Positions 25,134-34,880 of a stretch of DNA of 64,000 nt are shown here, piece by piece. A program made the translations under genes and the position numbers. The first letter of the stretch is position 1; each line of letters starts with the position of its first letter. The notes beneath the pieces are model-generated. The model had not been told where the DNA came from. It did no database searches and saw nothing but the letters and a program-made list of their open reading frames with translations. Source of the stretch: a virus; IMG/VR virus record IMGVR_UViG_3300032246_002986, positions 1-64,000 of that record; one strand, 5' to 3'.

Positions 25134-26472
25134 GATACCATTCTGTTAATAGTGGAAAGGCTGACATAAAATCCTTGCCACGCCTGCGATCATACTGTAT
25201 GATGAATGCACGTAGATCTAGGTCTAATGTCATACCATCACTGGAATTGTTATGGGGTGTGGTAGCTGTATTTAAGTATTCGATCAGGCGCTTTACGTGT
25301 TCTCGCTCCATCTCGTGCAATAGATCGCTATCAGCATAAGTGTCCAAGAACAGTCGCAACCTATCACAGCACTGTTGTTTGATAGTATCAGGCATTACCA
25401 CGGGAGATTGGAAGCTGGGAAATCTCAGGATGTTTAATGTGAATGTGGGTTTGCTTTTGCCATACTGCCTTTTGAAATCCATACACTGTTCCAGGAAATC
25501 TGGCAGTGTGGGTAAACATAATCCGTTGATCGTACACATCATATGGAAGGCTTTTACGTTGCCGTGTGTGAGTAATTTGTGTATATTGTCGATATAATCA
25601 GTGTACACCAGCCCATCGCGTATCCATTCGGCCGCTGAACCTGTGGCCTCGCAGCTGGTGTATATCTCCATATTGTCTATGTCGTGGGTGGCCTGTATCA
25701 ACCTATCGATCAGATCGGGTTTAGCACCCAGGTTGCTGTTGACAGCCAGCCTGACATCGCTCTTGTTTTGCCGGAACCAATCGAACAATCTCCAGATATG
25801 CGGACTCATCAAGGGCTCGCCACCTGTGATACGCAACTCACGTAGCGAGTTGTGTAGATCCGTGTCCCACCAACGGAAAAATGCTTCCACATATGGATTG
25901 GTTTCATCCAAAGCATACAACTGGCTGGCACTGTGCTCGTGAGTATAATGATTGCGACCGTCGCTGGTCAGATTGGTATAAGCACCATTCTGTTTGATAT
26001 CTTTGACCCAGGTTGTGCTGAAAGCTGGATTACAATAACTGCAAGCGAAATTACAGGTCCTGTCGAAAGCTATCTCGAGTGTACGCAGATTGAAGTCGCT
26101 GTGAGGATCGGCGAAAGCATCCGATAGTTCTTTTTCACTATAGATCATACTTTTATAAGGACGATCACTGATGGCATTAGGACTATTGTCTTCGATGCGC
26201 CAGCAGTATTCACATCCTGCAGGACGCTGCCCTTGTGCCATCATCAATCGTTCTGTTTTCTTTTGGACGGTATTGTGCAAGGCACGTGGATTGATGGCGA
26301 CTTGCTCTGCACTTACTTTATGCGGCAGAGGGTGATGGCAGCTGGTGGTCTGTCCGGATCCCAACCACACTGTAGCATTATACCATTTGGCACCACAGAA
26401 GCTGGCGCTTTTTGTATCTAATACTCTTTGTTTGTATTGTTGGAAAGATTCGTTGGATTTTTTGCTACGCAT
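25117..26472 (-). CDS. N-terminal Twitch-domain radical SAM protein (2nd)
   Basis: FCGAKW...TSCHHP...GCEYC, CNFACSYC, TGGEPL. Confidence 0.9.
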   Translation of the reverse strand: MRSKKSNESFQQYKQRVLDTKSASFCGAKWYNATVWLGSGQTTSCHHPLPHKVSAEQVAINPRALHNTVQKKTERLMMAQGQRPAGCEYCWRIEDNSPNAISDRPYKSMIYSEKELSDAFADPHSDFNLRTLEIAFDRTCNFACSYCNPAFSTTWVKDIKQNGAYTNLTSDGRNHYTHEHSASQLYALDETNPYVEAFFRWWDTDLHNSLRELRITGGEPLMSPHIWRLFDWFRQNKSDVRLAVNSNLGAKPDLIDRLIQATHDIDNMEIYTSCEATGSAAEWIRDGLVYTDYIDNIHKLLTHGNVKAFHMMCTINGLCLPTLPDFLEQCMDFKRQYGKSKPTFTLNILRFPSFQSPVVMPDTIKQQCCDRLRLFLDTYADSDLLHEMEREHVKRLIEYLNTATTPHNNSSDGMTLDLDLRAFIIQYDRRRGKDFMSAFPLLTEWYHEVQL

Positions 26473-27892
26473 TGTCTGCCCTGTACTTACACTCGTCCCA
26501 CCACTCTGTCATTTCTGGGAATGTATTTAAAAAGTTTGTACCACGTCTATTATCGTGTTCTGTAAAAAATCGGTAAAAGTCTGCTTTGACCACAGGATCG
26601 TCCCGGCGATTGGCTCGCATCCAATCCACAACACGTTGTAGCCGCTGTATCTCATAATCTTTGAACCCTTGGAAACGCCGGGTTTCCGTTTCAGGAGTCT
26701 GTCTCATCCAGTCTGTGATCTGTTGCAGCTTCCAAGCATAGGCTTCGGGCATGATGTCCAGGCACTGCCAAGTTGGGCTGCGTAGTATAGGGGTATCGAA
26801 CCACACACGTTGATAATCAGTGCTGAATTCCTGTCTGAGTTTCAGGATGGTATCCAATAAATTTTGTAAACCACCTATGCTGAGATTGTTCATTGTTATG
26901 ATGAATGTTATGCTGCTGCGTTTGTCCACATCAGATAAGAACTGGCCCACGTTGGTTATCATATGGTCATAATCCAGTCCGTGCCTGATATAATCTGCCT
27001 GCTCGTATGCGCTGTCCACACTGACAAACTGCATGAAGTGTTCCACAGCACCAGTGTCACATATCTTCTGCACCGTATTGATATACTTGAGCATCAGATG
27101 ATCTTCTACACTGAAGTTGCTGGTGACATTCAGATGCAGATCAGGTTTGGGATTTGCTATCACATAGTCCAACACACGAAAGGTGTTTTTGTCCATAAGC
27201 GGTTCACCACCGGTCATACGGAAATGTTTCAGTTTAGGATACAGATCCGGCCACCAACGCCAGAACGCTTCTACATAAGGATTATGGTCACGAACAGGAA
27301 TAGGCTTACGATCACTAGCAAAATATTGTGGATCGTTATGTCTGTTGGACGTGGGGTACGCTCCATACTCTTTGATCTCCTTGGCCCAAGTGCTGCTGAA
27401 CTGGGGGCTGCAATAACTGCAACGAAGATTGCAAGCACTGTTGAAATTCACTTCCACGTAACTGGGGATCACATCCCAGGTCAGTGGGTCTTTTGTGGTT
27501 ATGTCTGCATAGGCTTCTGCTGCCCAGGGTTCACCACTGCGGTAATGCCTGTCGCTCAGGTTACCCGTGGCTTCCACTTTCCAGCAATAACTGCAACCCT
27601 GCGGTTTCTGGCCTTGGAGCATCTGTACTCGTTCGGATTTTTTATGACTGGTGTTATGTAGCGCACTGGGGTTATCTTGTAAATCATCTGCATTGATCCT
27701 GTGTAATGGTGGATGATAACAACTGTTGGTGTGTCCAGTTGTCAGGTGTAGGCTGGTCTGTTGCCATTTGGCCAAGCACAAGGCTGGTCCGAGCTGGGCT
27801 TGCATCTGCTCAGCACTGCTCATGAACTCGCTGTTGAGTGTGCCGTCGGTATTTACTGTCACTTTATCACCGGAATTTTCTAGCTGCGTCAC
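26465..27892 (-). CDS. N-terminal Twitch-domain radical SAM protein (1st)
   Basis: LCLAKW...NSCYHP...GCSYC, CNLRCSYC, TGGEPL. Confidence 0.9.
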   Translation of the reverse strand: MTQLENSGDKVTVNTDGTLNSEFMSSAEQMQAQLGPALCLAKWQQTSLHLTTGHTNSCYHPPLHRINADDLQDNPSALHNTSHKKSERVQMLQGQKPQGCSYCWKVEATGNLSDRHYRSGEPWAAEAYADITTKDPLTWDVIPSYVEVNFNSACNLRCSYCSPQFSSTWAKEIKEYGAYPTSNRHNDPQYFASDRKPIPVRDHNPYVEAFWRWWPDLYPKLKHFRMTGGEPLMDKNTFRVLDYVIANPKPDLHLNVTSNFSVEDHLMLKYINTVQKICDTGAVEHFMQFVSVDSAYEQADYIRHGLDYDHMITNVGQFLSDVDKRSSITFIITMNNLSIGGLQNLLDTILKLRQEFSTDYQRVWFDTPILRSPTWQCLDIMPEAYAWKLQQITDWMRQTPETETRRFQGFKDYEIQRLQRVVDWMRANRRDDPVVKADFYRFFTEHDNRRGTNFLNTFPEMTEWWDECKYRADNA

Positions 27893-28799
27893 GCAGGAAA
27901 CTCCTATACAAGTGTTCTGGCATCATTATATCTATATTCTCATAGGGTTGTTGGTTGCGTTTGAACCAGGCGCTTTGTTCTGGTGTGAGTTCCACGATAT
28001 CCAATGCTAATCTTTTGGTCAATACCTCTGTGTGGAAATCTTGATTCTCTTGTGTCCAGCAATCATCGTACAGTTGATCCAGTTTATGGAAATCACGCAC
28101 CTCAGTATAGTCCCAGTCTGGCTCGAACATGACTTTATAGGCACCGTGGCGAGCTCCTGCGATAGCCCAGTTGCCGTTCTCCACATCTGCGCCCACGCTA
28201 CACCATATGGCCAGATTATCACGATTACCCACCCAGGTTTCAGATTCGAAATCTTCTGGATCTATGCGCCTGCCACGAGCCAGACACAGCTTGACGCCTT
28301 CGCGGAATCCAGCTCGCCAGGCCTGGTGTGATGTGGCATTGGGATATGTGGTGCTCCACACATCGTGCATCGCCCAGTAATCGTCTGCAAAACAAAACTC
28401 CACTAGGGTCTCATCGGTACCGTCCGTGGCTTCGTGTGTTTTCATATTCTGCACGAATGTCTTGGTCCAGCTACTGATGCCACCATTGCCATAACACAGG
28501 CCGTTCACGATGTTGCGAGCCCGCCAGCGGAATACTTTGCTATCGTTGGTATGATCTATGCGTAGCGTCTGATTGAAAAATTCCGGATCGGGACGATTGT
28601 CGCCGTCTATCAAGATGAAGCGTTCTGTACTGCTAGCTGCGGCTGCTGCCTTGTGTGCAGCATCTGAACCTTCCACACCGTGTACACGTTTGGCCCAGGG
28701 TGCGATGCTCTTTAGATATATGAAATTTTCATCAGCATCAGGTTCATCATAGCTGAGGAATACACAATCCAGATCCGAAACGTCAACTAACTCGACCAT
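27867..28799 (-). CDS. GT-A-like putative glycosyltransferase
   Basis: DCVFLSYDEP, GVEGSDAAH, FILIDGD (DxD), AWRAGFREGVKL; start reassigned to ATG 28799 based on the overlap. Confidence 0.65.
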   Translation of the reverse strand: MVELVDVSDLDCVFLSYDEPDADENFIYLKSIAPWAKRVHGVEGSDAAHKAAAAASSTERFILIDGDNRPDPEFFNQTLRIDHTNDSKVFRWRARNIVNGLCYGNGGISSWTKTFVQNMKTHEATDGTDETLVEFCFADDYWAMHDVWSTTYPNATSHQAWRAGFREGVKLCLARGRRIDPEDFESETWVGNRDNLAIWCSVGADVENGNWAIAGARHGAYKVMFEPDWDYTEVRDFHKLDQLYDDCWTQENQDFHTEVLTKRLALDIVELTPEQSAWFKRNQQPYENIDIMMPEHLYRSFLRDAARKFR

Positions 28800-29139
28800 A
28801 ACCCCATCCTTGAGCGCCTGGATAATCAGCTGACACTGCAAACTGATTATCGTTATGTAAAGTATAGTACACATTGCCACCTGTTTGCAATCTAATAGTT
28901 GCTGTCGGTCGCATATCCACCGGTTTTCCGTCTATGACTTTGTAATCAGCAGCTCTGTTGAATATGAAACTATTGTCGACCACGACAAAAACTCCTGGCA
29001 GGTCCTCATAGGTTACCACTGTGCCAATTAGAGTGTGGGGATCATAGTATAATTTATAAACCAATTTAACACTTGGTTTGGTCTGTTGTTCAACCAATCG
29101 GAAAACTTCAGCCCAGTACTCTTCGAAATTCATACTCAT
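28783..29139 (-). CDS. hypothetical protein
   Basis: 118-aa ORF in the coupled operon. Confidence 0.7.
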   Translation of the reverse strand: MSMNFEEYWAEVFRLVEQQTKPSVKLVYKLYYDPHTLIGTVVTYEDLPGVFVVVDNSFIFNRAADYKVIDGKPVDMRPTATIRLQTGGNVYYTLHNDNQFAVSADYPGAQGWGYGRVS

Positions 29140-29935
29140 ATCTATCTATCAATTCATCAGTAGCGAATGTTTTCTGTTGGTAATGCAGGGGCCTGTGCTG
29201 TTTATAACCGCCGATAACAGGGCTGTGATCATCTTGTATCTGCCAATCCAGCTGTTCTGTCCACATCTGTTTGCCAGGTAGATTTTGCACCTCTGGTTTC
29301 ATATGCACAAAACCAAATTTGGTATCTGCTGTGTGAATCTGTAAGATATTGTAAGCCAAGGCATATACTTCGTCCGTCCTGGCCGTATCATATCTACAGT
29401 TGATCAGGTAATGATCCCTGTACCAATTCCAGTCCAATACGATCTGGTTACAAGTATCGTAAAATTGTTTTGCTGTGAGATCATATTCGAAATAAGTCCA
29501 AGCACTATAGATATCTGGCAACATATTATCATCGAAAAGTTTACGTTGGCTGCGATCTGTCGCAATACGATGATCATATGTGTAAACTGTATGAGTAAAA
29601 TTTAAAGCATTTTGTCCATATATGTTCCACATATGGCTGTAGTCGCTGGTAAAAAGCATATCTGCTTCTGTCTTGATAGTGCGTTTATATGGACTCAGAT
29701 TGAAAACATTCGTTTCGTGCATTATGGGATGCAACACGTGGCTCACGACGATTATTTTATCGAACGTGTTATTCTGTTTTTCTGTTATGCATTCACTTGT
29801 TTCGGTATCCACTATGACACTGAAGTTTGCATTTTTTTTCTGCGTGAGTTTACAACTCAGCGCCTGCAAGTAAGCCATCCGCAGATAATCATTGCTGTCT
29901 GTATTGGTCGCCACACACAAAAACCCTGCACTCAT
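29108..29935 (-). CDS. GT8-like putative glycosyltransferase
   Basis: LSPYKRTIKTEADML (DxD-like EAD), RTDEVYA, FVHMK; paralog of the next gene. Confidence 0.6.
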   Translation of the reverse strand: MSAGFLCVATNTDSNDYLRMAYLQALSCKLTQKKNANFSVIVDTETSECITEKQNNTFDKIIVVSHVLHPIMHETNVFNLSPYKRTIKTEADMLFTSDYSHMWNIYGQNALNFTHTVYTYDHRIATDRSQRKLFDDNMLPDIYSAWTYFEYDLTAKQFYDTCNQIVLDWNWYRDHYLINCRYDTARTDEVYALAYNILQIHTADTKFGFVHMKPEVQNLPGKQMWTEQLDWQIQDDHSPVIGGYKQHRPLHYQQKTFATDELIDRYEYEFRRVLG

Positions 29936-30687
29936 TTGCTGCCCTTGTTCATCAGATGCAGATCGGTATCTTTGAATCTGTTGCGATATAATTTGTCGCC
30001 TATACTATACTCATAGGTCAAACTATTGTTTTTGAATTTATCATAATTTACCCTGCTGTCCATATTGATCAGCGGATAATTGGCAAATCCATAATCTGCC
30101 ATACCATAACCTCCAGCTATATGGCAGGCAATGGAAAATATGTAATCGTTTCTCACAGGCGTGGGATAAAATTTATACAGAGCGGAGTAATAGTCGTAAT
30201 GTTGCTGTACCATTTTAGCACATTCGAATACATTATGAGCAATGTTGCCTTTATTGAATAACATCACAGTGGCCCAACACAGGGGTATGGCTGTTTTAGC
30301 CAGTTGCTCTTTACGTATTGTTCCACTGATAGGGTCATATAATTCGGTAGTAATGACAAAGTCAGTGTTGCCGTTTATATGATTAACCAGTGTATCACTA
30401 CAGATGAAATAATCGCTGTCTATGACAAGTGTGCGATCATATGGTGTAAGATCGTAAGCCTGTGTTCTGGCTAGATTGAACCATTGTTTTTTTAATCTGC
30501 GATTATGATCTGGAGCATCTATCACTATGTTATCGTGTTCCGATAACACTTCGCGATCGCTTATGATAGTCACCGGTAAATCCAGATATCTGTTGACCCG
30601 TTCGCCAGCTAATACAGCGTCAGATATGTAATCTATATCATCTGTATTAAAAGCAAATATGCAGCAACCTTTAGAGTTGTTGGGCAT
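29932..30687 (-). CDS. GT8-like putative glycosyltransferase
   Basis: LTPYDRTLVIDSDY (DxD), WATVMLF, RNDYIFS, LHLMNK. Confidence 0.65.
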   Translation of the reverse strand: MPNNSKGCCIFAFNTDDIDYISDAVLAGERVNRYLDLPVTIISDREVLSEHDNIVIDAPDHNRRLKKQWFNLARTQAYDLTPYDRTLVIDSDYFICSDTLVNHINGNTDFVITTELYDPISGTIRKEQLAKTAIPLCWATVMLFNKGNIAHNVFECAKMVQQHYDYYSALYKFYPTPVRNDYIFSIACHIAGGYGMADYGFANYPLINMDSRVNYDKFKNNSLTYEYSIGDKLYRNRFKDTDLHLMNKGSK

Positions 30688-31003
30688 TTCTTACCTGTGT
30701 TTGTTCTTGGTATTGCTGTTGCCATTCGTTCATTACTTCTACATAACGTCGTTTAGCCAGCGTCAGTAGTTCCATCCTGTTAACCATAACTGGAGTGTCA
30801 TACATATCCAAGATTATCATTTCATCGTTCCAACCATCATCTGGCAGGAGATTCAGCAACACAAACAATTCCGTATTGACTGGAAACACACCATCGCGAT
30901 GTGTCACCGTTAATCTGCTGGTCATCAGAGTCTTGAGATTTTGTTTTGCCAGCAGACGGTCGTAGGTTGCACGGGCTTGATCACGTAATTGTTCTTGATT
31001 CAT
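30671..31003 (-). CDS. hypothetical protein (first gene of the GT/radical SAM operon)
   Basis: 110-aa ORF directly behind a consensus promoter. Confidence 0.75.
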   Translation of the reverse strand: MNQEQLRDQARATYDRLLAKQNLKTLMTSRLTVTHRDGVFPVNTELFVLLNLLPDDGWNDEMIILDMYDTPVMVNRMELLTLAKRRYVEVMNEWQQQYQEQTQVRNAQQL

Positions 31004-31009
31004 CTTGTA

Positions 31010-31038
31010 ATTATAACAGATAGGTTTAATTTTGTCAA
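31010..31038 (-). promoter_or_regulatory. perfect sigma70 consensus promoter, likely leaderless
   Basis: On the - strand: TTGACA(31038-33)-N17-TATAAT(31015-10) with extended TG; ATG lies 6 nt downstream. Confidence 0.8.
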
Positions 31039-31995
31039 TTAAGCTACAGTCACGTTGCCCACATTAGTAAATGCGCCCCAAGTATTGGCCAAATATGTGG
31101 TGATAGGGGGATACACTGTGCCTACGGTTGCTGTGGTACCTACTACTGTGTCTCCAAAGTCAGATGCAGTTTTACCTGTACCTGTGGTATCTGCAGCCGC
31201 ATCCACAAAGCTGACTTTGATCAAAATCCTGTTGCCAGTGTCGCCATTGCCATTGATGTTAGTGCCACCAGTTGTGCTTGCTTCTATTTGTATATAGTTA
31301 GATGTGTAATCTGCTGCGCTGGGACTATCAAACACTTTAAACCAAATGGTGGGTGTACTTGTCAACTGATAATAACCACTGGTTGTCAAGTTAGTGCCTG
31401 GTGTGAACCCAGTGCCAGTGTATCCGCTAGTACTAGCTCTGATATACCAGGTGCCTAAACCAGTATTTAAAAAACTGTTCCAATAAGTACTTTTGTTATT
31501 ACCAGATAAACTAGTTCCACTGGCGTTAATTTGAATTTGACCGCCAGCATTAAAGAAATATCTAGCAGCATCACCTGATGGAAATGTTACCAGATAATAA
31601 AAAATAGCGTTGGTGGTCCAGGTGGTGCTACTGGATGTCGTACCTGTATTGAGAGTACCAGTACCAAAATTCGCATAATTTGTCAATTTGTTAGATTGTA
31701 AAGTAGTGATACTGCTACTCAGTGAGCTGAGATAAGTCACGATACCGCTAGCAGTCGGCCCAGTCAAACCAGTAGTGGTTCCACTGCTTTGATGTTGACT
31801 CATTGAGTTCATTCTGCTTATCATAGTTGCCCAGTCACTTGCGGCAACCACAGTGCTAGTACCTAGGTTAGTGCTTAGATTACCAGTTTGTCCATATCCA
31901 CTGGAACCACTTCCTGCACTCCATAAAGTGTTTACACTGGTTGCAAAACCATTGTAATCCGCACCCTGAATCAAACCACCTGATGAATATGCCAT
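31039..31995 (-). CDS. virion structural / fibre-associated protein
   Basis: Ser/Thr/Gly-rich; ARYFFNAGGQI motif; late-like motif upstream. Confidence 0.7.
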   Translation of the reverse strand: MAYSSGGLIQGADYNGFATSVNTLWSAGSGSSGYGQTGNLSTNLGTSTVVAASDWATMISRMNSMSQHQSSGTTTGLTGPTASGIVTYLSSLSSSITTLQSNKLTNYANFGTGTLNTGTTSSSTTWTTNAIFYYLVTFPSGDAARYFFNAGGQIQINASGTSLSGNNKSTYWNSFLNTGLGTWYIRASTSGYTGTGFTPGTNLTTSGYYQLTSTPTIWFKVFDSPSAADYTSNYIQIEASTTGGTNINGNGDTGNRILIKVSFVDAAADTTGTGKTASDFGDTVVGTTATVGTVYPPITTYLANTWGAFTNVGNVTVA

Positions 31996-32014
31996 AACTT
32001 CCTATCCTTGTACC

Positions 32015-32021
32015 TATTTAT
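32015..32021 (-). promoter_or_regulatory. T4-late-like promoter motif
   Basis: ATAAATA upstream of ATG 31995. Confidence 0.55.
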
Positions 32022-33406
32022 CTGACGCCAACAACCACTTGTATTAATTGTATGCTGTTGTCTTCTATGCTTTCCAAGGCCTTGCCTAGTATGCATCCTG
32101 GCACATATTTTTTGGGGTCCATTCTTTGACCAACTCCGGGATTAGTGCTTGTGACGATACAATCACCTTGAGCTACAGGACCTTGCACATTAACGGGGAC
32201 CTTGCCGGTTAGTGCTATGGGTAGTCCTGCGCTTTCCCCGTTGTCATTCATCAAGAATGCAGGGTAATCACTGAGCACCCCAGCTACTCTGGGATCGTAT
32301 TCTTTGTCGGTCATCTCCACTTCCGCTTGTCCACCGAATACCACGATTGCGTAGGGATGCAAGGGACTGCTGGGACGATAACATTCGGCCAAATCGGCGT
32401 ATTTTGCTGTGGTACTAGTACCATAAAAATTTATACCGTAGATGCTATTAAAGCTGCTGGTTGTGCTACCAATGTTTGCAGTTACATTGCTTAATGGCAC
32501 AACGCTATTTGCCACACGATAATTTGTAGCATACATATCACCAAACATAGTACTGGCTGTACCTATACTCTGGCTGTTGTTGCTACTAGGAACAACTGCG
32601 CCAGCCATTGTTAGACCAGTAAGTGTGCCTAAACTTGTTATGTTGCCCTGTGCTGCACGACTAACGGCAACCGCAGTTCCTAACAAATCACTATTAATTG
32701 CGCTGCTGACAGTCAAACCGGTCAATGTGCCTACGCTTGTCACATATGGTTGGTTATTTTGTGTCAATGTACCATACAGATTGGTACCTGATCCGCCAAA
32801 GATAGTGCTATTGACATTGAAACCAGGTTTAACAGTGCTAAATCCAGTGGTGTTGATGGGCGGACTAGCCGGTGTGAATTCCACATCCTTGCTGATGATA
32901 GCAGTGAGGATACCGTTGGCATACATAGCCAACACTACTCTGGGAGTACCATTGCTATCTATGATATCCAGCGGACGAGCTTGTGTCTCTTGTTGTGTGG
33001 TAGTATATACTGGACCAACTGTCTGCCACGCACTACCTGTGTATATTTTCAGCTGATTGTCGTTGGATTTATACCAAAGATCGCCCTGTGTCAGGCTATA
33101 GGTGGGCGCACTGCTGTCACTGTAGATGGTAGTGATGTTGCGCCACTGTGTACCAGTGTATACCAACAGGTAACCGTTGTGGATAGTCCCGTCCAGGCCT
33201 GTGGGATTGTAATAAATCTGCCCTTGCTGGGGGTTGCTGGGTCTGCTGGTACCAGCAAAATTTGTCATTATACTGACTAGATTTTGTTGCATCAACTCCC
33301 CATAATTTGGGTAGTTTTTACCAATCAAAACAAGACTGGTCGTGGTATTTCTTTCACCTGTACCAATCGAAAATGTGCCACTGGGTGCAACTATATTATA
33401 TGACAT
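32018..33406 (-). CDS. tail fibre/appendage protein with C-terminal peptidase G2-like intramolecular chaperone
   Basis: Shared N-terminal TSLVLIGKNYPNYG...P..P..GQ module; C-terminal YADLAECY...VAGVLS..PAFLMN...ALTGKVP. Confidence 0.78.
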   Translation of the reverse strand: MSYNIVAPSGTFSIGTGERNTTTSLVLIGKNYPNYGELMQQNLVSIMTNFAGTSRPSNPQQGQIYYNPTGLDGTIHNGYLLVYTGTQWRNITTIYSDSSAPTYSLTQGDLWYKSNDNQLKIYTGSAWQTVGPVYTTTQQETQARPLDIIDSNGTPRVVLAMYANGILTAIISKDVEFTPASPPINTTGFSTVKPGFNVNSTIFGGSGTNLYGTLTQNNQPYVTSVGTLTGLTVSSAINSDLLGTAVAVSRAAQGNITSLGTLTGLTMAGAVVPSSNNSQSIGTASTMFGDMYATNYRVANSVVPLSNVTANIGSTTSSFNSIYGINFYGTSTTAKYADLAECYRPSSPLHPYAIVVFGGQAEVEMTDKEYDPRVAGVLSDYPAFLMNDNGESAGLPIALTGKVPVNVQGPVAQGDCIVTSTNPGVGQRMDPKKYVPGCILGKALESIEDNSIQLIQVVVGVR

Positions 33407-33426
33407 GATCTCACCTTATACAAGTA

Positions 33427-33433
33427 TATTTAT
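33427..33433 (-). promoter_or_regulatory. T4-late-like promoter motif
   Basis: ATAAATA followed by AAGGTGA RBS before ATG 33406. Confidence 0.55.
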
Positions 33434-34830
33434 TATACACGACCAACTACTACTTCTATAACTTTTATAGTGTTTTCCAGATGATCTTCCAGACTTTTTC
33501 CTATTACACAACCAGGACAGTAAGAAATAGCGTCCATTCCTTGCCCTACTCCGGCAGTGCCGCTTGTGACGATTTGCTGGCCTTTCTGGACCGGTCCCCA
33601 TACAGCGCAAGGCACACGCCCCTGTAGTGCTATAGCCAGGTATGTTTCATCGTCGTTTTCGTTCATAAGATAAGCAGGATTGGTACTCACTACGCCGGCC
33701 ACTCTAGTATCGTGGCTCATATCCGTGGTAGTTATCTCTGCGGTACCACCAAATACTACTATGGTACCTGGAGGATAGTGCTGATCTGCTTTATATCTTT
33801 CAGCCAAATCTCCATATCTTGCAGTAGTACTGGTACCAACGAAACTGACGCCGTATACAGTGGACCAATAGGCAGTGGCATTGCCCAGCGTGATACTGTT
33901 GTTGCTGCTGGGTATGACCTGACCAGCTGATGTCAGCCCAGTCAAATTGCCCACGCTGGTGATGTTGGTTTGAGCAGCGGTACTGATAGTTCCCGTAAGT
34001 GTTGCACCAGTATTGCCTATCAATGATGCGTTGATTGTAGCCGCATACAATGTGCCGTTGACATTGGCTGTGCTGAATGTGCCAGTATTGGCTGTGTTAG
34101 CGCCAATGGCGCCGGTGAAATAACCTGTAAGTTGACCACCCGAACTTGTTGTGACACTTGTAGCTACCACACTGTTAGGTGTGTTGGCACCCAGTGCACC
34201 AGTTAGATATCCATTGACCTGACCGCCCGAACTTATGATAAGGTTGGCGGCTTGTGCCGTGCCGGTGGTTAAAATCGTACTGGTTAGAGTAAGGTTCGCC
34301 CCACTGAAAGTTGTGCCTGCGTTACCTATAGTCGCTGCATTTAGTGTTCCGGCAGTCAGTGTACCGTTTACTTGTGTGCTGCCAGTTGTGATACTGGTGA
34401 ATGATCCAGTGTTGGCTATGTTGGCGCCGACTGCACCGTTAAGATAACCGTTAACTCGACCACCGTTACTGGCATAGAGATTAGATGCAGTAAAGCTACT
34501 TGTAGCTGTTATGGTACTAGCAGTGATACTGGTGTTTACAACTAAACTACTTAGATGCCCGTAGACTGTCTGCCAGGTAGTACCGTCCCAGACGCACAGG
34601 TAATTGTTGACATTATCCCACCACACTTGTCCAGTTATGGGGTTGGCTGGGCCTGGGAAAGGACTGCTGAAATTTTCCAGCAGATACACGAAATTTTCGT
34701 TCAATGCTGTGCCATAAGTGGCATAGTTCTTGCCTATTAGCGTGAGGCTAGTTAAGGACGTGTCAATACTGTTGTCGTTCACTGTGCCCAGAGTAACTGT
34801 TTGGGCGTAATTCTTTATCGTATAGGCCAT
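33433..34830 (-). CDS. tail fibre/appendage protein with C-terminal peptidase G2-like intramolecular chaperone
   Basis: Same N- and C-terminal modules as 32018..33406; three internal GGxxxGYxxGAxGAN repeats. Confidence 0.78.
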   Translation of the reverse strand: MAYTIKNYAQTVTLGTVNDNSIDTSLTSLTLIGKNYATYGTALNENFVYLLENFSSPFPGPANPITGQVWWDNVNNYLCVWDGTTWQTVYGHLSSLVVNTSITASTITATSSFTASNLYASNGGRVNGYLNGAVGANIANTGSFTSITTGSTQVNGTLTAGTLNAATIGNAGTTFSGANLTLTSTILTTGTAQAANLIISSGGQVNGYLTGALGANTPNSVVATSVTTSSGGQLTGYFTGAIGANTANTGTFSTANVNGTLYAATINASLIGNTGATLTGTISTAAQTNITSVGNLTGLTSAGQVIPSSNNSITLGNATAYWSTVYGVSFVGTSTTARYGDLAERYKADQHYPPGTIVVFGGTAEITTTDMSHDTRVAGVVSTNPAYLMNENDDETYLAIALQGRVPCAVWGPVQKGQQIVTSGTAGVGQGMDAISYCPGCVIGKSLEDHLENTIKVIEVVVGRV

Positions 34831-34850
34831 TGCTATCCACCGGTTAATAA

Positions 34851-34857
34851 TATTTAT
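34851..34857 (-). promoter_or_regulatory. T4-late-like promoter motif
   Basis: Intergenic ATAAATA upstream of ATG 34830. Confidence 0.55.
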
Positions 34858-34880
34858 CTAGGATGGAAAAATGATATTTT

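Noticed and set aside
28800-28880. Longer N-termini given in the ORF track (also 4187, 7377, 10007, 1590)
   Set aside because: They overlap upstream genes or promoters; downstream ATGs have an RBS or stop-start coupling
19149-31003. Classical RiPP cluster
   Set aside because: No short precursor peptide, RRE/PqqD domain, protease or exporter seen; the neighbours are sugar enzymes
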